DNA from: Alphaproteobacteria bacterium
GTDB lineage: Bacteria > Pseudomonadota > Alphaproteobacteria > Bin95
Direction: 5' to 3'
NCBI GenBank assembly: GCA_965205265.1
Contig: CBDBGH010000003.1
Coordinates: 4,704,001 to 4,768,000 of the forward strand
Length of the DNA: 64,000 nt
The translations under genes were made by a program, and so were the position numbers. Positions 10,257-19,447 of the stretch are shown here, piece after piece. Position 1 is the stretch's first letter; every line of letters begins with the position of its first letter. Under the pieces are notes generated by a model. It saw only the letters and a program-made list of their open reading frames with translations, made no database searches and had not been told where the DNA came from.

Positions 10257-12799
10257 GCGGGATCATGGCCCGGCTCGCGGACCTGTTCGAGACCCCGGCG
10301 GCGCTGGTCGATCTCCTGCCCTGGCGCGCCTTCGACGAGCGCAGCGAACTCCATGTCAATGCGGCCTCGGTGGGCTTCGTGCTGGAGGTCCCGCCCTTCG
10401 CCGGCATCGACGCCGAGACCCTGGGGGCGCTCGCCGGCACGCTGGCCGACGCCGCCCCGGAGCGCTGCACGGTCCAGGCGATCCACTGGGCGAGCCCGCG
10501 CTTCGGCGCGGCGCTCGACGACTGGGCCGGGCCGCGCCGAAGCGCCGGTCCGGTGCAGGCCGGCATGGCGCGCCGCAGGCGCCGCCTCTTCGACGGCGCC
10601 GGCTGGCGTCCGCTGCATCCGGGCGGCGCGCCCTTCACCCTGTCGGACTACCGGGTCTTCGTGACCGCCTGCCTGGCGGGACCGCCCGGCCCGGCGTCCG
10701 AGACCGCGCTTTCGGCCTTCCGCCGGGCGCTCGAAGGCACGCTGGCCTCGGCCGGGGCGAGCGCACGCCGGCTCGGCCCCGACGGCCTGCTCTCGCTCGC
10801 CGCCGAACTGGCCGCGCCGCAGACCGCGCCCCGGCCCGAGGCCGGAACCCCCACCCCGCTGCACCGCCCGCAGCGGCGCTGGTCGCCGCGGGACCCGCTC
10901 CACCTGCAATGCGCCGCGCCCGGCCGCGCACTCTCCGTCCATCCCACCGGGCTGGTCTTCCACGACCCGGACGGGAGCGACGTGGCGGTGCGGGCGCTCA
11001 CGGCGCTGGCCTTCCCGGAGGCCTGGCCGGGCTGGCGCGGCAATGCGCTGATCGGCGACTTCCACCGCGACTTCCTCCAGCCCGGCTGTCCGGTGCTGAC
11101 CTGTCTCACGATCATGACCGGCGAGGCCGCCGACGGCGAGCGGGCGTTCCTGAAGAGCGCCCGCGCCACCCAACAGGCCGGCACCGGCCTTGCCCGGTAT
11201 CTTCCGGGCCTGCCGGAGAAGGCGCGCGACTGGCAGTTCGTCACCGAACGCCTCAAGGACGGCGAGCGGCTGATCCGGGCCTGCTACACGGCCTGCGTCT
11301 ACGTGCCGCTGGAGGCCATCGATGCGGCAGAACAGGCGGTGCGCGCGATCTATCACGGCCAGGGCTGGCGCATGGCGGCGGAACGCTACATGCAGCTGCC
11401 CTCCTGGCTCGCCTGTCTGCCGATGGTTCCGGCCGGAGGCCTCGACGCCGACCTCGTCCGCATGGGGCGGATGAAGACCCTGCTGACATCCTCGGCGATC
11501 AACCTTGCGCCCATCCATGGCGAGTGGCGGGGCCAGGCGCCGGACCCGGACAGCCCGCCGGTCCTGTTCCTGATCGGGCGCCGCGGCCAGCCGGCCGGCT
11601 GGTCGCCCTTCGCCAACGAGGCCGGCAACTACAACGTCGCCGTCACCGGCAAGTCCGGGTCGGGCAAGTCGGTGCTGATGCAGGAGCTGGTGACCGGGCT
11701 GATCGGCGCCGGCGGCGAGGCGGTGGTGATCGACGACGGGCGCTCGTTCCAGCACACGGCGGAAGCGATGGACGGCGCCTTCATCGCCTTCGGCAAGGAC
11801 CCGGCCTGCCTCAACCCCTTCGCCATGATCGATGCCGCCACGGCGTCCCATGACGGCGACTACCGCGAGGAGTGCTTCGCCATGCTGGCCGGGGTCATCG
11901 GTCGCATGTGTCGGCGGCGCGGCGGCATCGACGACATCGAGGCGGCGCTGATCGCCGAAGCCGTCGCGGCGGCTTGGGACGAGGCCGGCAACGCCGCCGA
12001 TCTCGGCGCGGTCAGGAAGAACCTCGAGGCCCGCGGCGTCCGCCGGGCGAAGGACATGGCGACCGCGCTCGGCCCCTGGTGCCCGGGCGGGCCGATGGGA
12101 AGGCTGTTCGCGGGAAGCGACGTCCCCGATCTGGAGAACGCGCTCACGGTGTTCGAACTCGCCGAACTCAAGGGGCGCGGCGACGTCCAGGCCGTCGTGC
12201 TGATGCTGGTGGTCTTCCTCGCGACGCAACGCATGTATCACGGCCCCCGCACGCGGGCGAAGGCCATCGTCATCGACGAGGCCTGGGACCTGCTCTCCGG
12301 CGAGGACTCCAGGGCGTTCCTCGAAGGCGCGGCCAGACGCGCCAGAAAATACCGGGGTTCGCTGATTACCGGCACCCAGTCGGTCAACGACTACTACGCC
12401 AACCCGGCGGCCCGCGCCGCCTGGGAGAACTCGGACTGGGTGATCTTCCTCGCCCAGAAGGACGAATCGGTCGAACTGCTGAAGTCCGAGAAGCGCATCC
12501 ACTGCGATCCCGGCATGGAGAGGGCGCTCAAGAGCCTGACCACGGCCGACGGGAGATACGCCGAACTGGTGCTGCACGGCCCGGACGGCTGGCGGGTGGC
12601 GCGCCTGGTGCTCGATCCGTGGTCGGTGGCGCTGTTCTCCTCGCGCGGCCCCGCCTTCGCGGCGGTCGAGCGGCTCAAGGCCGAGGGGCTGACGACGATC
12701 GAGGCCATCGACCGGCTGGCTGGCGGTGACGGAACCGCGGGCGCCGGAACCGGGCAATCCGGACCATCGCAAACGACAGCAACGGGAGAGACTGCATGA
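10253..12799 (+). CDS. traC: VirB4-like ATPase TraC
   Basis: NYNVAVTGKSGSGKS (Walker A), IVIDEAWDLL (Walker B), RRARKY.GS.ITGTQS. Confidence 0.96.
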   Translation: MSGIMARLADLFETPAALVDLLPWRAFDERSELHVNAASVGFVLEVPPFAGIDAETLGALAGTLADAAPERCTVQAIHWASPRFGAALDDWAGPRRSAGPVQAGMARRRRRLFDGAGWRPLHPGGAPFTLSDYRVFVTACLAGPPGPASETALSAFRRALEGTLASAGASARRLGPDGLLSLAAELAAPQTAPRPEAGTPTPLHRPQRRWSPRDPLHLQCAAPGRALSVHPTGLVFHDPDGSDVAVRALTALAFPEAWPGWRGNALIGDFHRDFLQPGCPVLTCLTIMTGEAADGERAFLKSARATQQAGTGLARYLPGLPEKARDWQFVTERLKDGERLIRACYTACVYVPLEAIDAAEQAVRAIYHGQGWRMAAERYMQLPSWLACLPMVPAGGLDADLVRMGRMKTLLTSSAINLAPIHGEWRGQAPDPDSPPVLFLIGRRGQPAGWSPFANEAGNYNVAVTGKSGSGKSVLMQELVTGLIGAGGEAVVIDDGRSFQHTAEAMDGAFIAFGKDPACLNPFAMIDAATASHDGDYREECFAMLAGVIGRMCRRRGGIDDIEAALIAEAVAAAWDEAGNAADLGAVRKNLEARGVRRAKDMATALGPWCPGGPMGRLFAGSDVPDLENALTVFELAELKGRGDVQAVVLMLVVFLATQRMYHGPRTRAKAIVIDEAWDLLSGEDSRAFLEGAARRARKYRGSLITGTQSVNDYYANPAARAAWENSDWVIFLAQKDESVELLKSEKRIHCDPGMERALKSLTTADGRYAELVLHGPDGWRVARLVLDPWSVALFSSRGPAFAAVERLKAEGLTTIEAIDRLAGGDGTAGAGTGQSGPSQTTATGETA

Positions 12800-13470
12800 C
12801 GCAACGGACCGGCGGCGCACGGGCGCCGCTCTCATGGCCGGACGATCCGGAAACGGTGACGGCGGCCGACATCGACTTCGAGGCGCTTTCCCATGTGCTG
12901 GCCAATGCCTGCCGGCGGGGCGGCTGTCTGCGCGTCTACCACTCGGTCGCGGCCCATGCGGTGATCGTGTCGGAGGAGATCGAGGCGCTCGACGGGCTGG
13001 AAGACGCGGACCGCCGGCGGCTGGCGCTGCATGCGCTGCTGGCGGACGCGCCCTCGGCCTGGCTGCCGGGCGGGCCTGCGGAGTCGCAGCGCGCGGCCGA
13101 ACGCAGGTCGAGGCTCGCCGCCGGGGTCGAGGCCGCGGTGCGCGAGGCGGCGGGCCTTGATCCCGTGCTGGCCGATGAGCATGCCGAACTGCTGCGCCTG
13201 GTCTCGCGGATGACCGCGGCGGCCGAGCGGCGGGACCTCGGCGGCGCCGCGGACGGGGGCGCCGCCTTCCCGCCCCTGAAACGGCGCATCCGCGGCATCG
13301 GCCCGGGCCGCGCCGCGAAGCTCTGGCTCGAACGCTTCCAGGCGCTCGCCGGACCGCCCGGAAGTGCCCCGCCGGCCCAGGCGCCGGCAAACGGAACCGA
13401 AGGAGAGGCCGCCGATGGCATCCGCTCGAAGGAGGACACGGACGATGAAACGCAACGGAACGCAGCGTAA
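12796..13470 (+). CDS. YfbR/YfdR-like HD-domain protein with a degenerate active site
   Basis: DIDFEALSHVLANACR.GG...YHSVAAHAV...ALLADAPSAW...AERRDL aligns by eye to DI..IAH.LS..CRF.G...YSVAQHS...ALLHDA.EAY...TERRDL. Confidence 0.7.
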   Translation: MTQRTGGARAPLSWPDDPETVTAADIDFEALSHVLANACRRGGCLRVYHSVAAHAVIVSEEIEALDGLEDADRRRLALHALLADAPSAWLPGGPAESQRAAERRSRLAAGVEAAVREAAGLDPVLADEHAELLRLVSRMTAAAERRDLGGAADGGAAFPPLKRRIRGIGPGRAAKLWLERFQALAGPPGSAPPAQAPANGTEGEAADGIRSKEDTDDETQRNAA

Positions 13471-13702
13471 GCGGCGGGGTGCGCCGCCCGGTCTCAGGGT
13501 CGTGCGCGACGCCGAGACGGTGTTCCGCGCCGCCATCCTGGCCGGGGTGCTCTCGGCCGAGCCGGGGGACCGCAACTGGGCCGGCCACTACTTCTACATG
13601 TTCCATGACGAGGACGGCACGGCGTGGTTCAAGCACCGCGATACTCGCGCCCATGTCACGATGCCGGCGCGGCGGGCGGCGGCGGCCTGGAGCGGGGCGT
13701 GA
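13445..13702 (+). CDS. Small hypothetical protein in the tra operon
   Basis: Overlaps both neighbours; GGAGGA RBS; globular-looking core FRAAILAGVLS...YFYM...WFKHRDTR. Confidence 0.65.
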   Translation: MKRNGTQRKRRGAPPGLRVVRDAETVFRAAILAGVLSAEPGDRNWAGHYFYMFHDEDGTAWFKHRDTRAHVTMPARRAAAAWSGA

Positions 13703-14085
13703 ACGAGCTGCGCCTCCTCGTCGCGGCCGTCCTGCTGTCGGCGGGCGTGGCGGCGGCGGTCGCTGCCGCGACGGTGCGTCTCGCCGACAATGGCGGGCCG
13801 CGCCTTGCGACCGTGCGGCTGGCGGAGATCGTGGCGGAGCGGGCGGGCGACGCGGCCCGCGCCGGCCTGCCGGCGGCGGCGACGGCGGCCGAAGCCCGCA
13901 TCTGGGCGGCGGCGCTGGAGGATGCGCTCGCTCATGTCGCGCGCCGCGGCCGGGTCGTCCTGCTGCCGGCCCGCGCCGTGGCGGCCGGCGCGCCCGACCT
14001 CACGGCCGAGGTCGAGGCGGCGCTGGCTGCCGTCCTCGCCCATGCCGCTGCCGGTAGCGCACTGCCGCGGGGAGACGGGCGGTGA
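13699..14085 (+). CDS. trbI: TrbI (F-type)
   Basis: N-terminal TM, ATVRLAEIV, VLLPARAVAAGAPDLT; position upstream of the peptidase gene and traW. Confidence 0.8.
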   Translation: MNELRLLVAAVLLSAGVAAAVAAATVRLADNGGPRLATVRLAEIVAERAGDAARAGLPAAATAAEARIWAAALEDALAHVARRGRVVLLPARAVAAGAPDLTAEVEAALAAVLAHAAAGSALPRGDGR

Positions 14086-14666
14086 CGATCCGGCGCCCGG
14101 GATTCTCGCGGTGCGCGGCCAATTCGCGGCGCGGCCGGAGGATCGGACTTGCCGTCATGGCCGCGCTGGCGGCGCTGTGGCTCGCCGCCGCCTCGCGGGT
14201 GCATGTCAACGCCAGCTGGTCGGACGGCGCCTGGGGCTATCTCCTGCTGCCGCTGTTCGGCGCGGCCCCGGAGATCGGCGACCGGGTGCTGTTCGCGCCC
14301 CCGGAGACGCTGGCGTCTCCGGCGCCGTATCTCAAGACCGTGCGTGGCTTGCCGGGCATGACCGTCGCGGTCGGAACGCAGAGGACGGTCCTTCTCGACG
14401 GCGTTCCGGCCGGCCGGGCCAAGACCCACGCCCTCGACGGGCGGCCGCTCGCCGCGGTCGTCCCGGGCGTCATCCCTCCGGGGCATTACTACCTGCACGC
14501 GGATCACGCCGACAGCCATGACAGCCGCTATGCCGAGATCGGCCTCGTGCCGCGCGCCCGCATCCTCGGGCGCGCCGTCGCCCTGCCGGATCTGCCCTGG
14601 CTCGGACTCGAGGGGCCTCTCGCCGGGCCGGAGGATGCGGAGACGCCGGCGGAGGCGCAGCGATGA
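14082..14666 (+). CDS. trhF: Conjugative S26 signal peptidase (TrhF-like pilin processing)
   Basis: VNASWS, YLKTVRGLPG, IPPGHYYL...SHDSRYAEIGLV. Confidence 0.82.
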   Translation: MTIRRPGFSRCAANSRRGRRIGLAVMAALAALWLAAASRVHVNASWSDGAWGYLLLPLFGAAPEIGDRVLFAPPETLASPAPYLKTVRGLPGMTVAVGTQRTVLLDGVPAGRAKTHALDGRPLAAVVPGVIPPGHYYLHADHADSHDSRYAEIGLVPRARILGRAVALPDLPWLGLEGPLAGPEDAETPAEAQR

Positions 14667-15310
14667 GACGCCCGACCCCGCCTTCCCTCCCGGCGCTCTG
14701 CGCCGCGCTGATGCTGGCTGCGCCCGGTTCGGCGATGGCGAAGGATCTCGGCGTGCGCGGCGCGACCTGGCCGGTGGCGGAACCGGACCTGCTGATGCAG
14801 ATCGAGGCGCGGCTCGTGGAGATGCAGCGTTCCGGCGAGATGGCGCGCTTCGAGGCGCAAGCCCGCGCGCGGGCGCGGCAGTCCCTGGAACAGCCGGATC
14901 CCGTGCCGGGCATCGCGCCGGCGCGCGAGGAGAGGAGCCGCCTGTTCGATCCCGCCGTCACGGTCGCGCAGGACATCCGCGGCCCGGACGGCGCGCTGAT
15001 CGCGGCCGCCGGAACCCGGATCGACCCGCTGGAGCGGGTGGCGCTGACGCGGGCGCTGCTGTTCGTCGACGGCCGCCGCGAAGCGGAAATCGCCTGGGCG
15101 CTGGCACATGCCCGCCCCGCGAAGATCGTGCTGCTCGCCGGACGGCCGCTCGATCTGATGCGCCGCCACGGCCGGCCTTTCTTCTTCGATGCGGGCGGAC
15201 GCCTGGCGGCGCGCTTCGACATCGCGGTGACGCCGACGCTGGTCGAGCAGGAGGGCGGGCTCCTGCGCCTCACGGAAATCCCGATCGAAGAGACGAAACA
15301 GGAGGAGTGA
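14663..15310 (+). CDS. traW: TraW
   Basis: DLGVRGATWPVAEPDLL..I, FDP.V....DI, FFDAGG.L..RF.I...PT.V. Confidence 0.93.
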   Translation: MRRPTPPSLPALCAALMLAAPGSAMAKDLGVRGATWPVAEPDLLMQIEARLVEMQRSGEMARFEAQARARARQSLEQPDPVPGIAPAREERSRLFDPAVTVAQDIRGPDGALIAAAGTRIDPLERVALTRALLFVDGRREAEIAWALAHARPAKIVLLAGRPLDLMRRHGRPFFFDAGGRLAARFDIAVTPTLVEQEGGLLRLTEIPIEETKQEE

Positions 15311-15314
15311 ACCG

Positions 15315-15704
15315 ATGCTGAACATGAACCGGGCGACGCTGGTCGGCCATGCCGGGCGCGCCCCCGAACTTCACGGTCTGAGGAACGGCGGCAAGGCAGC
15401 GACATTCAGCCTCGCCACTGCCGAACGGTGGAAGGACCGGGACGGCAAGGCCGTCGAGGCCACGCAATGGCATCGCGTCGTCGTGTACGGCCCTGGCGCC
15501 GAGACGGTCGGCAGGATGCTGAAGAAGGGCGATGCGGTGATGGTCGAGAGCCTGCCCCGGACCCGATCCGGGGGCCGCATCGCCACCCGGACGTACCAGG
15601 CCCGCGACGGCGTCGAGCGCAGCGTCACCGAGATCGTCGTCTCGGGGCCGCAGGCCATGGTGAACGTGCTGGCGAGGCGGCGGACGGAGGATGGCGGCCG
15701 ATGA
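15315..15704 (+). CDS. ssb: Single-stranded DNA-binding protein with an 8-aa insertion
   Basis: MNRATLVGHAGRAPE, FSLAT.E.WKD, TQWHRVV, KKGD.V.VE[SLPRTRSG]GRI.TR.Y; no acidic DDDIPF tail. Confidence 0.92.
   Translation: MLNMNRATLVGHAGRAPELHGLRNGGKAATFSLATAERWKDRDGKAVEATQWHRVVVYGPGAETVGRMLKKGDAVMVESLPRTRSGGRIATRTYQARDGVERSVTEIVVSGPQAMVNVLARRRTEDGGR
15549..15572 (+). repeat. 24-bp palindromic element, copy 1 (in frame in ssb)
   Basis: AGCCTGCCCCGGACCCGATCCGGG interrupts the conserved VEGR motif. Confidence 0.85.
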
Positions 15705-16696
15705 CCCAGCGCGTCCTTCCCCTGGCGGCTCTTCTTCTGGCGATGCTGTGGTCGGCGCCGTCGGCGGCGCAGACCTGCACCGGGCGGTTCGTCAACCCGA
15801 TCTCGGACGTGTGCTGGGAGTGCCTGTTCCCGATCTCGATCGGGCCGGTGACCGTCGGCAGCGCCTCGGGCGCGCCGGACACGCCCAACCCGTCCTCGCC
15901 GGTCTGCGTCTGCGGCTCGCCCATCCCCCGCATCGGGCTGGCGCTCGGGGTGTGGGAGCCGGCAAGGCTGGTGGACGCGACCCGCGCGCCGTGGTGCTTC
16001 CCCAATCTCGGCGGCCTCGCCATCGACCCCGGCCTGCCCGCCGGGCGCGGCCGCACCGGCGCCTCGGGCGGCGACGGCGCGGCCGGCTCGGTCTGGCACG
16101 CGCACTGGTACAGGTATCCGCTGCTGTCGTGGATCGGCGCCCTGCTCGACCTCGGCTGCCTGGAGGGCGGCTCGCTCGACATCGCCTGGGTCTCCGAACT
16201 CGATCCGGCCTGGCTCGACGACGAGTTGTCGTTCCTCTTGAACCCCGAGGCGGCGCTGTTCGCCGGCCTGCCGGCCCAGGCCGCCTGCGCCGCCGACTGC
16301 GCGGCCGCGACCGCGGCCCTGCCGCTCGATGCCCTGTTCTGGTGCGCCGGCTGCCAGGGCGGGATGTACCCCCTGACCGGCAATGTCGCCGCCCATGTCG
16401 GCGGTGTGCAGGCCTCGCTGCTGGCGGCCCAGCGGCTGGTCTACCGGCTGCACCGCACGGGGATCGCCTGGGGCACGTCCGGATCCGCCGCGCTCTGCGG
16501 GCGCTACCCGATGCCGGTGATGAAGAAGTCGCAGTACCGCTGGCAGATGACCCAGCCGGTGCCGGCCACGACGCCGATGACCGGCTGCAACCCGACGGGG
16601 CGCTCCTCGGTGCTCTGGGAGACGCTGCGCGAACTGCCGGTGGCGGGCGAGAACTTCGGCTACCTGCTGTGGAGGAAACGCAATTGCTGCACCTGA
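15701..16696 (+). CDS. traU: TraU
   Basis: CTGRFVNPISDVCWECLFPISIG, WEPARLVD, SELDPAW.DD, WRKRNCC. Confidence 0.96.
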   Translation: MTQRVLPLAALLLAMLWSAPSAAQTCTGRFVNPISDVCWECLFPISIGPVTVGSASGAPDTPNPSSPVCVCGSPIPRIGLALGVWEPARLVDATRAPWCFPNLGGLAIDPGLPAGRGRTGASGGDGAAGSVWHAHWYRYPLLSWIGALLDLGCLEGGSLDIAWVSELDPAWLDDELSFLLNPEAALFAGLPAQAACAADCAAATAALPLDALFWCAGCQGGMYPLTGNVAAHVGGVQASLLAAQRLVYRLHRTGIAWGTSGSAALCGRYPMPVMKKSQYRWQMTQPVPATTPMTGCNPTGRSSVLWETLRELPVAGENFGYLLWRKRNCCT

Positions 16697-16749
16697 CCGA
16701 AAGCCTCGGACAGCGCACGCAAGCCCTCGTCCGGGACGGGCTCGCCGCG

Positions 16750-17475
16750 ATGCTCGTTCTCGCGCTCTGCTGCGGGCCGGCGCTGGCCGGGGATCCTGCG
16801 CCCTCTCCGGAAGACCGGGCGCGCAGCCTGGCCGACGAGGCGCTGCGCCGGGCGGGCGAAGATGGCAATGACGCGCTGGGCGCCTGGACGCGCGGCGTCA
16901 TCGGCCGGGCGCTGGAACGCGCGGGAGAGACCGCGCGACGGACAGTTCCCGGAACGTCCGGGCCTTCCGCCGCGCCGCTGGCGGCCGAACGGCATGCGGT
17001 GGCGACCGGCACGGGCCTCTCGGTCCGGCCGAACTCCGGCGAGGTGATCGTCTTCCTCAGCCTGTCGGTTCCGCCCGCGAGCTGGCGGCAATGGGCGGAC
17101 GACGCGGCACGGGCGGATGTTCCTCTGGTGCTGCGCGGCGTGGGCGAAGGCGGCTTGCCCGAGACCGCCAAACTGATCGCCGCACGCCTCGACGGGGCGG
17201 AGGCCGGGAGCCTGCCCCGGGCTCGATCCGGGGTCGCCATCGATCCCCGGCTGTTCCGCCTGTTCGGGGTGACACGGGTCCCGGCGGTGGTCGTCGCGCC
17301 CGGCGGCGTGCCGCCGTGCGCGAGCCGTGGCTGCGCCGGGGACCCGCCGCCGGACCATGACCTGATCGCGGGGAACATCGGCCTGATGGCGGCGCTGGAA
17401 GCGGTCGTCGCCCAGGGCGAAGCCGGGCGCCACACCGCGCGCCGGCATCTCGAACGGCTGCGCAGGGAGGATTGA
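16750..17475 (+). CDS. trbC: TrbC (F-type) with an 8-aa insertion
   Basis: IVFLSLSVP, LVLRG, G[SLPRARSG]VAIDPRLFRLFGVTRVPAVV, GNI.L..ALE. Confidence 0.88.
   Translation: MLVLALCCGPALAGDPAPSPEDRARSLADEALRRAGEDGNDALGAWTRGVIGRALERAGETARRTVPGTSGPSAAPLAAERHAVATGTGLSVRPNSGEVIVFLSLSVPPASWRQWADDAARADVPLVLRGVGEGGLPETAKLIAARLDGAEAGSLPRARSGVAIDPRLFRLFGVTRVPAVVVAPGGVPPCASRGCAGDPPPDHDLIAGNIGLMAALEAVVAQGEAGRHTARRHLERLRRED
17209..17232 (+). repeat. 24-bp palindromic element, copy 2 (in frame in trbC)
   Basis: AGCCTGCCCCGGGCTCGATCCGGG; 22/24 identical to copy 1. Confidence 0.85.
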
Positions 17476-17477
17476 CG

Positions 17478-18620
17478 ATGATGACGGAACGGTCTGAATC
17501 CTATGCGGACCGCGTCCCGGCCGCCGTGGATCTCGCCGCGCGCATTGCAAGGCTGCTGGCCTGGACGGCGATGTTCGCGCTGGTCTGCCTGATGCTGTGG
17601 ATCGTGTCGGCGCAGGCGGAGGAAGACCCCCGGGCCGCGGCGCGGGCCATCGGCACGGCCGGCATGGCGGCGGCCGGCGCCATCGCCCGCGACGCCGCGA
17701 AGGCTGCGGATGTGCCGGGCCATGCCGGCACGAACCTGCCGGAGCGCGGCCTCGCGGACCCGATGATGGCAGGCGCGGCGCAGCGGCGCCTGGCCGACCC
17801 GGACGATCCCGGCGGCCTTGCCGGGCGGACGGTGAGCGAGGGCGCGGCGGTCCGCCCGGACGTTGCCGTGACCGTCGCCGATCCCGGCGTGGCGCGCGGC
17901 AAGGCCGTCGCCGCCGCTCCCGAAGCCCCTGCCCACGGCGCGGCGGGCCTCGCCTCGGGCGGTGTTGCCGCCTGTCGGGCCGGGGTCGCCGATGCCGACC
18001 GCGGCGGGGCCTGCGGCAGCGTCTCCTGGTGCGTCGGCGCGGACTGCGGGACGGTCGCGAGCCAGGCCAACACCGGCTTCGCCGAGGCGGCGACCCGGCT
18101 CAACCTGGCGGTCGGCATGGGCGGCGAGGGGTTCGACCCCGTGAGCCTGAGCATCTTCACGGGCGAGCGCCGGACCTGCCGCATCCATTTCGGCGGGCTG
18201 GCCAACTGCTGCACGAACTCCGGCCTGCTGTCCGGGCTTGCCAACTGCTCGGCCTCGGAGGTGGAACTCGCCCAGGAGCGCGGCGCCGGCACGACCCGCT
18301 ATCTCGGATCGTACTGCTCGAAGCGCGTCTTCGGCGTCTGCCTGCGGCGCTCGCGGGCCTGGTGCGTGTTCGGCTCGAAGCTCGGGCGCATCCTGCACGA
18401 GCAGGCGCGCCCGCAGCTCGGCATCGGCTGGGGGAGCTGCCGGGGGTTCACGGTGCCGGAGGTCGAGCGCATCGACTTCGCCGTGCTCGATCTGTCGGAG
18501 TTCACGGACGACCTGCTGGACGGCGCGAAGCAACCCGCCGTCGCCCTGCCCGAGGCCGGAGGCGCCCGGACATTCATGCAGGACCGGGTGCGCGACTTTT
18601 ACCGGAGGAACCCGCGATGA
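17478..18620 (+). CDS. traN: Mating-pair stabilisation protein TraN (short form)
   Basis: Cys-rich; IFTGE...C....NCC, YLGSYCS, C.FGSKLGRILHEQAR.QL, CRGFT..E..RIDF..LDLSEF. Confidence 0.92.
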   Translation: MMTERSESYADRVPAAVDLAARIARLLAWTAMFALVCLMLWIVSAQAEEDPRAAARAIGTAGMAAAGAIARDAAKAADVPGHAGTNLPERGLADPMMAGAAQRRLADPDDPGGLAGRTVSEGAAVRPDVAVTVADPGVARGKAVAAAPEAPAHGAAGLASGGVAACRAGVADADRGGACGSVSWCVGADCGTVASQANTGFAEAATRLNLAVGMGGEGFDPVSLSIFTGERRTCRIHFGGLANCCTNSGLLSGLANCSASEVELAQERGAGTTRYLGSYCSKRVFGVCLRRSRAWCVFGSKLGRILHEQARPQLGIGWGSCRGFTVPEVERIDFAVLDLSEFTDDLLDGAKQPAVALPEAGGARTFMQDRVRDFYRRNPR

Positions 18621-19447
18621 CGGCGGCACGGCCTCCCGTCCGGCGGGTGCTGGCCCGCGCTCTTGCCGTGCTCGGCGTCTGGGCGGTGCTCGGGGCGCCG
18701 GCAGCGGGCGGGGAATGGCGGTTCTGGTGCAGCGATGGCGGGGCTTCGCTCGGCTGGCACTTCTACTGCGACCGGGAGGAGGAACGGCAGGACGCCGGGC
18801 CGGCCGTGACGCAGCCCGTCCCTCCCGCTGCCGGCGAACGCCCCGCCACCGAGCGTATCGAGGCCATGCGCAAGGCGCTGGAGGAGGCCCGGGCCGAGGC
18901 GATCCTCGATCCGACGCCGGAGAAGGTCACGGCCTATCTGCGCCTCCAGCAGGAGACATTGCAGAAGGCCGCCGCCTTCTCCGACGCCTTCCGCCGCACG
19001 GTGTGGGCGACGCCGGAACTGGACTACACGCTGAAACGCCCGGTGGGGGCGCTTGCCCGCCAGGTCTGGTCGGACGAACGCCGGGCGGCGCGGGACCGGG
19101 CGCTGGCCGGCCTGAAGGACCGCTACGGGCTGATCTATCTCGGCCGTGCCGGCTGCGCGGGGTGCAAGGTGTTCGGCCCGCTGCTGCGCGCCTTCGCGCT
19201 GCGCCACGGCCTCGAGGTGCTGGCGGTCTCGCTCACCGGCGCGGCGCTGGAGGGCTGGCCCGAGGCGGTGGCCGACAACGGCCGCGCCGCCCGGCTCGGG
19301 CTCGGCGACGCCCCGGTCCCTGCCTTGGCGCTGTTCGACACGAAGACGCAACGCGTGCTGCCGGTCGGCTTCGGCGTGATGGCCGAGGACGTCATGGCGC
19401 AACGCATCTTCGCGCTCACCCAACTGGAGCCCGGACATGATTACTGA
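18617..19447 (+). CDS. traF: TraF (thioredoxin-like)
   Basis: GWHFYC, AILDPTPE.V.AY, PELDY, CAGC, PVGFGVM. Confidence 0.9.
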   Translation: MTAARPPVRRVLARALAVLGVWAVLGAPAAGGEWRFWCSDGGASLGWHFYCDREEERQDAGPAVTQPVPPAAGERPATERIEAMRKALEEARAEAILDPTPEKVTAYLRLQQETLQKAAAFSDAFRRTVWATPELDYTLKRPVGALARQVWSDERRAARDRALAGLKDRYGLIYLGRAGCAGCKVFGPLLRAFALRHGLEVLAVSLTGAALEGWPEAVADNGRAARLGLGDAPVPALALFDTKTQRVLPVGFGVMAEDVMAQRIFALTQLEPGHDY

